DNA of 63,627 bases, filler included, from Octopus bimaculoides (GCF_001194135.2; 5 parts of 4 records of this genome joined end to end with filler, not necessarily neighbours in it); one strand, 5' to 3'. Positions 47,978 through 62,318 are shown, numbered from the whole stretch's first letter. Program-made: numbers and translations. The notes: generated by a model not told the origin, from the sequence alone.

Positions 47978-48092
47978 CATCCATCTATCCATCTATCTAC
48001 CTATCTATCCATCCATCTATCTATCCATCCATCTATCTACCTATCTATTTATCTATCTTTCTATCTACATATCTAACTATCTATCTATCTCT
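47940..48092. repeat. (ATCT)n/(ATCC)n microsatellite
   Basis: Direct reading. Confidence 0.95.
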
Positions 48093-48554
48093 ATACATAC
48101 ACACATTTATATGCAGACGCATCAAAACACAGACATATGTGCGCATTTATGTGGGTGTGTGTGTGTGCATGTGTATCTGTTTCTTCTTGCAATCTATGCA
48201 TTCATTTCTCAAACTCTCCTCTTGTTCTTTCTTTGTCTCTCTCTTTCTCTCTCTTTGTATCTCTGTCCCTCTCTATCACTATTCTTTCTACAAATATACC
48301 TTTCTAATTCGTTTTTTTTTTTTCCGACACACATAATTGTTATCTGTCTTTTAGTTCTGTCACTGTTTCTTTATCTGTCTTCATTTTGCAACTCTTTCTC
48401 CAATGTGTGTGTGGGTGAGTGCACGCGCATGTATGTGAGTATATGTACACACATATTTGTATCTCTCTCTCTCTTTCTGCATGTATGTAGGTATCTAGTC
48501 ATCTTATTCTCAATTTTCCTGCTTCTATTGTCCTTCCTCTCTCTGTGTCTTTTA

Positions 48555-48618
<64 letters not shown>

Positions 48619-48662
48619 NNNNNNNNNNNNNNNNNNNNNNNNNNNNNNNNNNNNNNNNNNNN

Positions 48663-48674
48663 TTAATTAATTAA
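48663..48674. other. Artificial scaffold spacer
   Basis: TTAATTAATTAA within N flanks. Confidence 0.97.
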
Positions 48675-49139
48675 NNNNNNNNNNNNNNNNNNNNNNNNNN
48701 NNNNNNNNNNNNNNNNNNTATATATACTTATATTTATGTATTTATGCGTATATATCAAATGCACACATATATAATGATATAAAAAAAATGCTAAGTTCTA
48801 TTTCCATATATTTTAGGCATTACGGGATATGAAACTTTCTGATGCAAATATCGGAATAAATATATATGAAAACTACACCTATGCATATATATTTACACAA
48901 ATAACGAGATCGTTTCAAGTGAAAAATCAGCATATATCGCTTCACATATCAGTAAATGTAATGGACAAATGATACCGGATTAAGAATTAGTGTTACCGTA
49001 TCCAAAAATATGAAAAAGAGATATGCATGCAGAAAAATTAAATGAGACAGAAATTATATGAAATTAAAATGATTTAAATTTCGGACTCGTGAATGATTTT
49101 CTTCAGTCATAAGTTTATATACGTTAAGACAGCTACAAT

Positions 49140-50118
49140 TGGTTTTAAGTTACATTAAGACAGCTAAGAACGTCCCTACAAAACGAGGAGCAATCTGGAA
49201 GACTTGCCACGAGCGTCACCCCCGGAAACGAGGAGAAAATTCATCAGTTTGAGCATGAGGATCGTTGGAAGGCCATCAGCAACATTGCTGATGTTGTCGA
49301 TGTGTCGCATGAATCCGTGCAGGCAATCTTAACTTTTGAATCGTACGTGAAGCGTGTCTCTACCAAGTTTGTCCGCCACTGCTGACCTCTGAGCAGAAAG
49401 AACATCGCGTCGAAACCGGTCAAGATCTCCGTCAGCGTGCCACTGTGACCCAACCTCCATGTCGTGGATCAACACCGGACGCGTGAATTGTGTTTCTAGG
49501 TATGACCTCGAGACGAAGCAGCAGTCGTCACAACGAAAGAGCTCTTCATTTTCCCTACTGAAGAAAGTACGACAGAGCCGCAGCTTAGCTAAGTGCATGT
49601 TCATCGTTTTTCTCGACATCTGCAGCATTGGGCATCGAGAATTCGTCCACCAGAGCCTGACTATCGATCGCGAGTTCTAATGCAACGTTTTGAAGTGTTT
49701 CAAGGAAGACATTCTGCGAAAGCGACCGGATCTGTGAAACGCGAAGAAGTGGATTCTTCACGACGACCGGCCCCTTTCAGTAGATTTAGTGCCTACAGAC
49801 TTCCAACCCTTCCCCAAGATGAATATGTAGCTTAAAGGTCACTGTTTTAACACCGTTGTCGAGATCAAGAGCGAATTGCAGAAGGCCGTCGACTCACTTA
49901 CAAAAACGACTTCCGGGCCGAATTTCAGAAGTAGCAGAAGCACTGAGACTGGTGCATTTCTGCTGAAGGTGACTATATCGAAGGAAATGATGATAAAACT
50001 TTAGTGAATAAGTTATTTTTTTAATAAACTATANNNNNNNNNNTGAATAAGTTATTTTTTTAATAAACTATAAGCTATAGACTATAACTAGTCCGTGAAC
50101 GTTTTGATACCATCTCGT
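49140..50118 (+). pseudogene. Mariner transposase relic with 3' TIR
   Basis: NEEQSGRLATS; VSTKFV.PLLTSEQKEHRV; YDLETKQQSSQ; WILHDD; DLVPTDF..FPK; WCISAEGDYIEG; ends GATACCATCTCGT|A. Confidence 0.9.
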
Positions 50119-51577
50119 ATGTGTGTGTATGTGTATCTATTTACACACATCTGAGACTGTGTATGTACATATATATGTGTATCTTTATATATAACTAGAT
50201 GAAATAGTTGTCGAAAACTTTAGACAGAATGTACGATAATTAGGAAAGCCATATATTATGGTTCTGCATTAAACTCATTATAACATTCATTTTCCGTAAT
50301 GAATTGTCGGTTGAGTTGATGTATCAGCAGAAAACACGATAGGATACCGTAGATATAACTCCGGTGAAATTAATGGATTTCAAATATAGTTAGATTACGC
50401 TTTGTCGTTTAAAATTGTCACCCGACCGCTTCAGTCTCCTACGTTCAGGGAAATTTGTGAGAATAAAATCTATAAACAGGTTTTCTTTGCTAAAATAATA
50501 TTACGAGCGTGCAACTTTCGTTTCCGCGACAAGAGAGAATTACACAGAAGTCTATTTCCAGCCATTATCCCGGATGTTCAGTAACTGTCATCCCTTTTTT
50601 TTTTTACTTGCACTTCTCTATTTTCCCTGCCTCCACGACTAGATGTGCGGTGGTTTGCATGTAGTTGAAATATTTAGCACTCATTTTCAGAAACACTTGA
50701 TATGAGGTAATCAATTGTAAAGCATACACGCACAAAGCAAAACAAAAACGAAACGATACACAGGAAGCTTTTTGTATAAAAACAATGAATCTAATTTACT
50801 TTCTATTATAAGACAGCTACATAGATGATAGACGTAAAACTGATGAGTTGGAACGCAAACTGTATGGCTTCCCTAATTCATTGTCATATACACACCCACT
50901 CACACACACACTAACACACAAACATACGCACGCACACACATATACACACCCGCAAACACACAAATACACACATATCTAGAGGATTTAGGAAATTACTTGA
51001 TACAGTTATAATATTTGAGAAACATTGTTTTCAAAAAGTTAAGAAGGAAGACTTTTCAGAGAATAGTATGATACTAACCCCTAGGAAGGGATTTCAAAAA
51101 TTGTGCGTAGGCTTTAATAAATTTGCAAGCACTTTCAGAGCCCATTGTTATCAAGAACGTGTTATGGCTATTGTCTATCTGATATACAATATACAATAGC
51201 CATAACACGTGCTTCATAAAGTTGAGAACTGAAAACGCTTGCATATTTATTAAAGCCTCCCAATTTGTGTGTGTGTATGTGTGTAGTATGTGTAGTATGT
51301 GTATGTATATATACAACACATGCATATTCTTATACCTGTTCGAAACGAACCACATATAGACAGTAAATACAAAACAAATCAATAATTTTCATGTATGTCC
51401 ATGTATGTATTTGTATTTAGGTACATACTAACACAAAACCTCATACACAGAGCTACGTATTTTACATACTTACCTTTGTAATTGTACATTTAATTACCTG
51501 TATTTATCTGTCACTGGCTGAAATACCCGGTTCTCTGTAGACGTACACAAAAGCTCACACTCACCCGTGCATTTGTG

Positions 51578-51614
<37 letters not shown>

Positions 51615-52962
51615 TCATAAATTGATATATGTCTAAACATATTCATAAAGTGGCATATATATGTGTGAATCTTTGTACATCTCTTTTTATCTGTTTCTCC
51701 TCTTTCTCACTATTCCTATCTTTACGAACATACACATGTACATATATGCATACAAACACACATNNNNNNNNNNNNNNNNNNNNNNNNNNNNNNNNNNNNN
51801 NNNNNNNNNNNNNNNNNNNNNNNNNNNNNNNNNNNNNNNNNNNNNNNNNNNNNNNNNNNNNNNNNNNNNNNNNNNNNNNNNNNNNNNNNNNNNNNNNNNN
51901 NNNNNNNNNNNNNNNNNNNNNNNNNNNNNNNNNNNNNNNNNNNNNNNNNNNNNNNNNNNNNNNNNNNNNNNNNNNNNNNNNNNNNNNNNNNNNNNNNNNN
52001 NNNNNNNNNNNNNNNNNNNNNNNNNNNNNNNNNNNNNNNNNNNNNNNNNNNNNNNNNNNNNNNNNNNNNNNNNNNNNNNNNNNNNNNNNNNNNNNNNNNN
52101 NNNNNNNNNNNNNNNNNNNNNNNNNNNNNNNNNNNNNNNNNNNNNNNNNNNNNNNNNNNNNNNNNNNNNNNNNNNNNNNNNNNNNNNNNNNNNNNNNNNN
52201 NNNNNNNNNNNNNNNNNNNNNNNNNNNNNNNNNNNNNNNNNNNNNNNNNNNNNNNNNNNNNNNNNNNNNNNNNNNNNNNNNNNNNNNNNNNNNNNNNNNN
52301 NNNNNNNNNNNNNNNNNNNNNNNNNNNNNNNNNNNNNNNNNNNNNNNNNNNNNNNNNNNNNNNNNNNNNNNNNNNNNNNNNNNNNNNNNNNNNNNNNNNN
52401 NNNNNNNNNNNNNNNNNNNNNNNNNNNNNNNNNNNNNNNNNNNNNNNNNNNNNNNNNNNNNNNNNNNNNNNNNNNNNNNNNNNNNNNNNNNNNNNNNNNN
52501 NNNNNNNNNNNNNNNNNNNNNNNNNNNNNNNNNNNNNNNNNNNNNNNNNNNNNNNNNNNNNNNNNNNNNNNNNNNNNNNNNNNNNNNNNNNNNNNNNNNN
52601 NNNNNNNNNNNNNNNNNNNNNNNNNNNNNNNNNNNNNNNNNNNNNNNNNNNNNNNNNNNNNNNNNNNNNNNNNNNNNNNNNNNNNNNNNNNNNNNNNNNN
52701 NNNNNNNNNNNNNNNNNNNNNNNNNNNNNNNNNNNNNNNNNNNNNNNNNNNNNNNNAGAAGCGAATAGACAGTTCTTTAGATAATAAGTATACTTCGAAA
52801 GACATCTTCGCTATTGAAACAGAGATAATCTCGTTTGCACCAACAGAAATAGATAATTTCAGAATCTCTTCATTATTCTCTCTTGTGCTTGGTGACTGCC
52901 AGTGTAACTGTGTATATCTGGGCGTCTTTCTAAGCGTGTGTGAGTGTTGTGAGTGCGTGTTT

Positions 52963-53001
<39 letters not shown>

Positions 53002-54639
53002 TAGCTGTCTGCATGTTTGTGTATGTGCGTACGGGGCTGTACAGTGCATGGAAGTTCATGGTAATCCAATCAATTCGTCTAGATTATTTATATAATACCG
53101 AATCGTTTGGCCTTTTGGTCAGTAATTGATTTGTGTGCGTGTATATGTGTCTCTGGGTGTGCGTCCGCCTGTGTGCATGTCTGTTTGTGTGTGTGTGTGT
53201 CTGTGTGTCTGTATGTATGTGTACGTATGTGTATGTGTGTAATTGTGTACTATTCTGCGTATATATATACATATACTATGGTCTTTTAGAAGCTCCTGTG
53301 CTTCCCAGTGGGACTGAACCTGAAACGACATAGTTGTGAATCTAATTTTGTATGCACATAGCCAACGCTCTCTGTCTCTGCCTCTGTCTGTCTGCCTCTG
53401 TCTGTCTGCCTCTGTCTGTCTGCCTCTGTCTNNNNNNNNNNNNNNNNNNNNNNNNNNNNNNNNNNNNNNNNNNNNNNNNNNNNNNNNNNNNNNNNNNNNN
53501 NNNNNNNNNNNNNNNNNNNNNNNNNNNNNNNNNNNNNNNNNNNNNNNNNNNNNNNNNNNNNNNNNNNNNNNNNNNNNNNNNNNNNNNNNNNNNNNNNNNN
53601 NNNNNNNNNNNNNNNNNNNNNNNNNNNNNNNNNNNNNNNNNNNNNNNNNNNNNNNNNNNNNNNNNNNNNNNNNNNNNNNNNNNNNNNNNNNNNNNNNNNN
53701 NNNNNNNNNNNNNNNNNNNNNNNNNNNNNNNNNNNNNNNNNNNNNNNNNNNNNNNNNNNNNNNNNNNNNNNNNNNNNNNNNNNNNNNNNNNNNNNNNNNN
53801 NNNNNNNNNNNNNNNNNNNNNNNNNNNNNNNNNNNNNNNNNNNNNNNNNNNNNNNNNNNNNNNNNNNNNNNNNNNNNNNNNNNNNNNNNNNNNNNNNNNN
53901 NNNNNNNNNNNNNNNNNNNNNNNNNNNNNNNNNNNNNNNNNNNNNNNNNNNNNNNNNNNNNNNNNNNNNNNNNNNNNNNNNTATATATATATATGTATGT
54001 ATGTATGTATATAAACCGGTTTAATGTGTGTCATTCACGAAACTCCTGGCTCGCGAATCATTTTGCAACTCTGTATTTTGAAAATAGAAAGCAAAATGGT
54101 ATACAATCAAATAATTACTACTGTTTCGAACTCGTTGACTGCGCTAATGTTCACACACAGTGGCATACATACATACATAAATACATACATACATACATAC
54201 ATACAAACAAACGTACATACATACATACATACATACATACATGCATACATACATACATACATACATGCATGTATATATATCTGGTATGTTGATTTTTATT
54301 CATTTATATATAGGTATATATATATATATATGGAAGAAATTCTGAAAAGCAGATTTTCCGACACAGCAAAGGATCTGTTTGCTCATCGTCTTATAAAGAT
54401 GATTCTTACATAGGTAAAACGGGACTATATTTAATTAAATTTGCAAAAATTTAATTAATGCAATTTTATTTTCGACAAAATTTGAAGTCTCACTTTCGTT
54501 CCTGATTCCTTTTTTGTCTCTCACCTGTTGCAACTTGTGACAAATTGAGCAGGAACAATTCTGGGGTTGCAAACAGTAAATAGTGAATCAAATAAATTCC
54601 CGAGAGTATGTAGTCAATCTCTCCTCCATGTTTTAGAGT

Positions 54640-54790
54640 CTAAATCCTGCAGCTATCGACTTCGCCCTCCATTCTTCCTTCCTGAATCGATAAAATAAAA
54701 TGGCTGTCAAATTATGGCGTCGACTTAAAACGTCTATGCGCCTCCTGCTGCAAACCTTTAGGGAGTGGAGGTTAGGTGGGGCTATACCCA
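54640..54790 (+). mobile_element. Old SINE head-type-4 body fragment followed by (ACT)n
   Basis: ATCGACTTCGCCCTCCATTC..TCGATAAAATAAAA resembles GTCGACTTTGCCTTTCATCC..TCGATAAAATAAG. Confidence 0.45.
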
Positions 54791-54800
54791 ACACGTAAAT

Positions 54801-54862
<62 letters not shown>

Positions 54863-55240
54863 TTGTTCGATGGTACACCTTGTTGTTGCTTCTTTTTGTG
54901 TTTATTCTTAGAGCGGATGATGCAGTTTCCGAAATAGATATTCTTTCTCAGCAGCCACTGTCTGTGTAGTCTATTGGATGTATATGTAGTTCGAATCAAG
55001 CAAAACCTTACACGCATTGCTCTTAGCGATTTTGATATTTAGATGAGTCGTGACAACATACTTTTCTATATACTAACAATATACTTATGAATCCCTGCTG
55101 ATTCATGTACATTTACCTATACGCATGTCTACATACACGTATATGTCAATAACTGCATGTGAAACTGTAAATATATGCATATATATATATATATATNNNN
55201 NNNNNNNNNNNNNNNNNNNNNNNNNNNNNNNNNNNNNNNN

Positions 55241-55252
55241 TTAATTAATTAA
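55241..55252. other. Artificial scaffold spacer
   Basis: TTAATTAATTAA within N flanks. Confidence 0.97.
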
Positions 55253-55434
55253 NNNNNNNNNNNNNNNNNNNNNNNNNNNNNNNNNNNNNNNNNNNNCATA
55301 CATACATACATACAAACATACATACATACATACATACATGCATGCATGCCCGTATGCAAGTATGTATGCGTGTACGAATAGATGTGTATCTATAAGATAG
55401 ATACATGTATTCATAATACATACATACACGCATG

Positions 55435-55522
<88 letters not shown>

Positions 55523-55599
55523 CATGTGTGTGTATATTGTTAAAATTATAAAAAAACAAAAAAAAAAACAAAAGAGAGAGATAGGTGAAAGAGCAATAA

Positions 55600-55740
55600 A
55601 GCGGGTGTATTAGCTTGACGCTCAGAAAACATTAAGAAAATCTTTGACGTTTCGAACCTACGCTCTTTTACAGAAAGAAATGAGGAAAGAAAACAGATGA
55701 AGGGAGAAAAAAATGTGAAGAAAATGAACGTATTTGAATG
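55600..55740 (-). mobile_element. Short repeat with minimal hammerhead-like core
   Basis: TCTTT-CTGTAAA-A-GAGC-GTAG-GTTC-GAAA-CG-TC-AAAGA. Confidence 0.6.
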
Positions 55741-55826
55741 AACGGGATATATATATATATATCTTTGTATGTAGTTAAGTACGAACGTACGTATGCATAC
55801 GCACGTGTGTGTGAGTCTGTGGTGTG

Positions 55827-55858
<32 letters not shown>

Positions 55859-55868
55859 TTGTTTTTAT

Positions 55869-55916
<48 letters not shown>

Positions 55917-56026
55917 GTCTAACTGTGTATTTATATTATCTATTTGCATGCTTCACAGAGCTTTATCTTCACAGAACACATATACACACTCACACATACA
56001 TATACGTATATATATATATGTATGTA

Positions 56027-56070
<44 letters not shown>

Positions 56071-56528
56071 NNNNNNNNNNNNNNNNNNNNNNNNNNNNNN
56101 NNNNNNNNNNNNNNNNNNNNNNNNNNNNNNNNNNNNNNNNNNNNNNNNNNNNNNNNNNNNNNNNNNNNNNNNNNNNNNNNNNNNNNNNNNNNNNNNNNNN
56201 NNNNNNNNNNNNNNNNNNNNNNNNNNNNNNNNNNNNNNNNNNNNNNNNNNNNNNNNNNNNNNNNNNNNNNNNNNNNNNNNNNNNNNNNNNNNNNNNNNNN
56301 NNNNNNNNNNNNNNNNNNNNNNNNNNNNNNNNNNNNNNNNNNNNNNNNNNNNNNNNNNNNNNNNNNNNNNNNNNNNNNNNNNNNNNNNNNNNNNNNNNNN
56401 NNNNNNNNNNNNNNNNNNNNNNNNNNNNNNNNNNNNNNNNNNNNNNNNNNNNNNNNNNNNNNNNNNNNNNNNNNNNNNNNNNNNNNNNNNNNNNNNNNNN
56501 NNNNNNNNNNNTTTTTTTTTTTATATTT

Positions 56529-56860
56529 TAAGGCGACGATAAGGCGGCGAGCTGGCAGAATCGTTAGCACACCGGGCAGAATGCTGAACCGCATTTCGTC
56601 TGTCTTTACGTTCTGAGTTCAAATTCCACCGAGGTCGACTTTCCTTTGATACTTGTCTGGATGCTCTTATACATACAATTTGTTTATCTTCCAGAGACAC
56701 TTGAATGCTACTATCCAGGGGTCAAAAGCGCTTGAACTGCTGCATATGGCTATGAGTGACCCCTCAACGAAGTCTTGGGGTCGATTTGCTCGATTGAAGG
56801 CGGTGCTCCAGCATGGCTGCAGTCAAATGACTGAAACAAATAAAAGAGTAAAGAGTAAAC
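56529..56860 (+). mobile_element. SINE head type 4 ... tail W separated by about 120 nt of unrelated sequence
   Basis: 56529-56647 is head and body; 56770-56860 matches 33485-33566. Confidence 0.75.
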
Positions 56861-57053
56861 ATTAAGCCATTTTAGCTAGGTAATATCAAAAAATTCCCTC
56901 ATAAATATCGATAGAAGTGTCTAAGTCAACAATTGTCCATCGGTTCCGATTCTTTCTCGTAAATTCTATAACACTGTAATACGATATAGTGTTTCTTCGA
57001 CAAACGAAGATCACCTACTTAAAACTTACCTATTTACCTATTCAAACATAGAA

Positions 57054-57121
<68 letters not shown>

Positions 57122-57822
57122 ACATTTACATACTTATGCAGACACATATATACATACATGCAATACACACCTATACGCTAATATACATGCATACACACAC
57201 ACTCGCACCGTCACACAGATATAAACAATATATATATATATATGTAAATATTATACAAATATCTTTGCGCGTATATATACTTTCTTCTCTCTCTGTTTCT
57301 CTCTTTCTCTCTCTATCTATCTATACGCGTGCATATACACACACTCGCACATACACACATATACATACACATATGTATTTATATTTATATACGCTAATTC
57401 ACCTTCAAGGACATGCTTAAGTCCACCTCTTGAAAATTTGAGTACATTATTTATTATGTAAAACCTCTTGCACACGAACAAGCGTACAGTAACAGCAGTA
57501 ACAACAACAACAAAACACTCGCACTACATTATTACATAATATCCATAAAAATCAAATACTAAACACACGCACATACAGAGAGGGACAGGTTGACATTTAG
57601 AGTCGAAGTCATAAGCATAACAAAAACACAAAATGGCCGCCTTGCAAGTTAAACTGGAATGTGGTCGATACATGTGAGTTGAGATACTCGGAGACACGCT
57701 GAGCTGTTTTGAAATTAGATAAACCTCGCTCTGAATGTGAGCCTCTCGTCCATAGCTTTGTCATGATGAGATGAAAAGGATCTACTCTCCCCTGTGTGCT
57801 TGGGCTATACCTACATGCGATT

Positions 57823-57893
<71 letters not shown>

Positions 57894-57908
57894 CATACAA
57901 ACATACAT

Positions 57909-57948
<40 letters not shown>

Positions 57949-57980
57949 TTAAACATACATTATATCTGTGTGTGTGTATA

Positions 57981-58021
<41 letters not shown>

Positions 58022-58581
58022 ATGTACATGTATATGTATGCGTATAAATATATATGTACATATATGCACACACACATACGTACACATAGCTGGTAATATA
58101 ATTAGGAAAATATACTTTCACAAAGTGTGTGTAGCATGTATATATATACGCATATATATATGTATACATATATACATACGTACATATATACATATATATA
58201 TATATATGTATATATGTGTATATATATATATTTACATGCATATATACATATATGCATACATATATACATATATACATATATACATACATATATATATACA
58301 TATACATTCATACACGCATATATATAATATAGATAGATATAAATAGATATATATACACACATACGTATANNNNNNNNNNNNNNNNNNNNNNNNNNNNNNN
58401 NNNNNNNNNNNNNNNNNNNNNNNNNNNNNNNNNNNNNNNNNNNNNNNNNNNNNNNNNNNNNNNNNNNNNNNNNNNNNNNNNNNNNNNNNNNNNNNNNNNN
58501 NNNNNNNNNNNNNNATATATATATATATATATACACACATGCGTACACAAAAAACCCTGTATGTATGTAAAATGGTATATC

Positions 58582-58612
<31 letters not shown>

Positions 58613-58799
58613 ATAAATATATACATACAAAACCGACATTTTTACAAGAGATACCTTACTCAGAAACATATATGTATTTATGTATGCATGTTTGTATGTA
58701 TAAAGAAAAGAGAAACTTCCTTCTGCCCAGGGAATGTCTTATAATGATGTGAGGTCCTTCATTGTGAAGGTAACAATAACAACGCCGACGACGACGACG

Positions 58800-58984
58800 G
58801 CGGAAAGGCAAAGGGGCCGATACAGCCTGGTACCTGTGACGTCGCAACTCATTTCTACAGCTGAGTTTACTGGAACAACGTGAAATAAAGTGTCTTGCTC
58901 AAGAACACAACACGCAGCCCGGTCCGGGATTCGAACTCACAACCTCACGATCGACGCTCTAACCACTGAGCTATGCGCCTTCAC
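58800..58984 (-). mobile_element. SINE head type 2 (5' half)
   Basis: Matches 25085-25252; B-box GTTCGAATCCC on the reverse strand. Confidence 0.85.
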
Positions 58985-59464
58985 AATAGATTATCAAGTG
59001 TTGTTCTGAGGACATGTAGATACATATACAGTGTATAAATACCTTGTTTTCCTTTCCTATATCGCTCTGACATCGGTATATACCGTACATTAACCTTTTA
59101 ACTGCAAAAAATTAAATTTCATGGTTTTTCTAGTAATGATGTTAAATATATACAAAAAAAAAAAAAAGATACAAAAAAGAAAAAAAAGAGAGAAAGAAAA
59201 AAAACAGAAAAAAATAGAATTCGTATTATCTGAAAGTCATGTTGTCACAATAAACTTGACATTTCTCAACACAAAATGGTTTCAAACATGACTTTCCTCA
59301 ACAATAGAGAGACAGGAATATATAACTGATTTCCGCAGCAAAAGGGTTGTACATACCTTGCTATCATACCCAACAGTAAGCGACCTGGTAAAGAATGTAG
59401 TATATAGTTATATATAGTGTCGAAACAATGCATCTTGCTCGCTTAGATTGCTCTAAACTCCAGA

Positions 59465-59509
<45 letters not shown>

Positions 59510-59574
59510 AATAATAAATGAGTATATGCATATATACGTACAAGTATGTACATACTTACATCTACCTGTGTATA

Positions 59575-59750
59575 TAGATGCATATCTGGGTACAGGACAT
59601 TGGAAACAAAACGTAGACAAAATGATAAACAAGTACAGAAAACACACAGGCCACATAGAGAACTTTTCCTTCATCAGCTGCCACCATTCAACACTGGCGT
59701 TTCGAAGAGTTGATGGACTCTCCCGTTGTTAGACGACGTATGAGGGTTCG
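59575..59750 (-). mobile_element. Dispersed repeat, copy of the 27855-28020 family
   Basis: Direct sequence similarity. Confidence 0.7.
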
Positions 59751-60295
59751 NNNNNNNNNNNNNNNNNNNNNNNNNNNNNNNNNNNNNNNNNNNNNNNNNN
59801 NNNNNNNNNNNNNNNNNNNNNNNNNNNNNNNNNNNNNNNNNNNNNNNNNNNNNNNNNNNNNNNNNNNNNNNNNNNNNNNNNNNNNNNNNNNNNNNNNNNN
59901 NNNNNNNNNNNNNNNNNNNNNNNNNNNNNNNNNNNNNNNNNNNNNNNNNNNNNNNNNNNNNNNNNNNNNNNNNNNNNNNNNNNNNNNNNNNNNNNNNNNN
60001 NNNNNNNNNNNNNNNNNNNNNNNNNNNNNNNNNNNNNNNNNNNNNNNNNNNNNNNNNNNNNNNNNNNNNNNNNNNNNNNNNNNNNNNNNNNNNNNNNNNN
60101 NNNNNNNNNNNNNNNNNNNNNNNNNNNNNNNNNNNNNNNNNNNNNNNNNNNNNNNNNNNNNNNNNNNNNNNNNNNNNNNNNNNNNNNNNNNNNNNNNNNN
60201 NNNNNNNNNNNNNNNNNNNNNNNNNNNNNNNNNNNNNNNNNNNNNNNNNNNNNNNNNNNNNNNNNNNNNNNNNNNNNNNNNNNNNNNNNNNNNNN

Positions 60296-60334
<39 letters not shown>

Positions 60335-60735
60335 CACACATACACGCATGGCTCAGAGGTGAGCTGGGTAAGACATACCACAGCACATGCTACAGCACAT
60401 GCTACAGCACATGCTACAGCACACCACACTACGCTACATCATATACTACACATTTCAGTGTAGCTCATCCTCACTACTACACACAAACATAAGCCTTTAC
60501 TGTACCACACTGGACCGCACCACACAACATTACATCACGCATAACACTACATGACGGAGGCAACATTAAATAAACACGCGTCAACAGGAAGCATCCCCCC
60601 CCCCACTACCGAAAAAAAATATGCGCAACCTGTCTTTCGTACTCACTGCTGATGACATAATCAGCTGAATATTTTGTAGTAGTAGTAGTAGTAGTAGTGT
60701 TGATGTTGGTGGTGGTAGTAGTTGTAGTACTATTA

Positions 60736-60955
60736 CTATTATTGAGTGAGAGAGCAGTGCATACCATCAAAGGGACATTGGGGTACAAATATACGAAGCC
60801 CAGTATACCCATCGTGACTACCCGTCTGATAAGAGTACACCAGGCGCGTGCATCAGTAGAAGACACTTGCCCAAGGTGCCACGCAGTGGGACTGGACCCG
60901 GAACCATGTGGTTGGGAAGCAAACTTCTTACCACACAGCCAATCCTGCGCCTATC
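60736..60955 (-). mobile_element. SINE head type 3 with a further tail (..GCACTGCTCTCTCACTCAATAATA)
   Basis: 60853-60955 matches head type 3; the rest is a distinct tail ending in (TAA)n. Confidence 0.75.
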
Positions 60956-61259
60956 TATAATGTGTGTATGTGTGTGTGTGTGTGTGTGTTTGTGTGTGTG
61001 AGTGACAAATGAACAGGAGTTACGTAGTCCCTATTTGCGCAAGCACTTATCTCTGCGTGCATTTTTAGCAGAAACAACTGTATGCTAATGAATGTGATTA
61101 GCTAGCTACTATTCTTTTGTGAATCGTTAATTAATATTATTTTTTGTGCTCTTCTGAGTCTTTATCTATTCTAAAGTATCAGCTTGTTCTGTTCTAAGAA
61201 CTGGTTATTAGTTACTGCTATGCTTAAGCGAAAGTAAGATTGATAGATATAAATAGATA

Positions 61260-61307
<48 letters not shown>

Positions 61308-61666
61308 AAGATAGGGCGCAAGGGGGTTTCTCGTTGCATCGATGCTCAAAGAGATACAAGGCCGAAAGACAACCAATATTTCCTCTCTGGGGTTTACCAA
61401 GCAATATTATTTCAGAGCAAGAGATGTCTATGAACATTCTTATCTAGGATTAATTAGCACCAAAGGATATGTGTGTGTGTGAGTGTGAGAGAGTGAGGAA
61501 GAGGGAGAGAGAGTGAGAGAGAGGAGGGAGAAAGAGAGAGAGGGAAAGATAGATAGATAGAGATAGAGAGAGGGTGAGAGGCAGTATGTATGGCTCTGAC
61601 AAGCCAAAATTGTGCTGGGTTTCAATTCCTGACTAGAATACAGCTTGTATATTTTCCTTCATTATT

Positions 61667-61765
61667 AAGGTGGTGAGATGGCAGAATCGATAGCAACTGA
61701 TTACGTTCTGAGTTCGATTTCCGACTTTGTTTTACATCTTTTCGGGATCCATGAAAATACGTACC
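61667..61765 (+). mobile_element. Internally deleted SINE head type 4
   Basis: AAGGTGGTGAGATGGCAGAATCGATAGC..CTGAGTTCGATTTCC. Confidence 0.6.
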
Positions 61766-62306
61766 ATTTGACCGTTGCTCCTGTATCTTTTTAATTCTAA
61801 TCTAGAAAATAAATATCCAGGCACGTAAATGAAAAGAAAAAAAAAAAACTGAAAAAAAAAAAAAATAGAAGAAAAGAAAAACAATAAAATAGGGAGTACA
61901 TATCCACACATAATATAGCTATACACGTATGTATGTTTAATGAAATTAAGCATATACACATATATATGCACTATATATATGTGTGTGTGTGTGAGTGCAT
62001 ATGTGTGCATTTATATAGATAGACAGACAGACACATGCATGCATATATATACACGTGTGTACATATGAGTATATACTTACATTGATATACATATGTATAC
62101 ATCCATCCATCCATCCATCCATACATACATACATAAGTTCATACTTACACACACACATATACACACACACACGCACACATATAAAGCAACAAACGTAAAA
62201 GAAACGTCAACAAAATCTACCACCACCACCACCACCACCACCACCACCACCACCACCACCACNNNNNNNNNNNNNNNNNNNNNNNNNNNNNNNNNNNNNN
62301 NNNNNN

Positions 62307-62318
62307 TTAATTAATTAA
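62307..62318. other. Artificial scaffold spacer
   Basis: TTAATTAATTAA within N flanks. Confidence 0.97.

Noticed and set aside
57760-57830. ATGATGA as a possible C/D snoRNA C box
   Set aside because: No downstream CTGA D box or terminal stem.
60380-60425. ACAGCACATGCT x3 tandem repeat
   Set aside because: Ordinary short slippage repeat.
61345-61385. CTCAAAGAG...GGCCGAAAG as another hammerhead
   Set aside because: The core deviates at several positions and no stems form.
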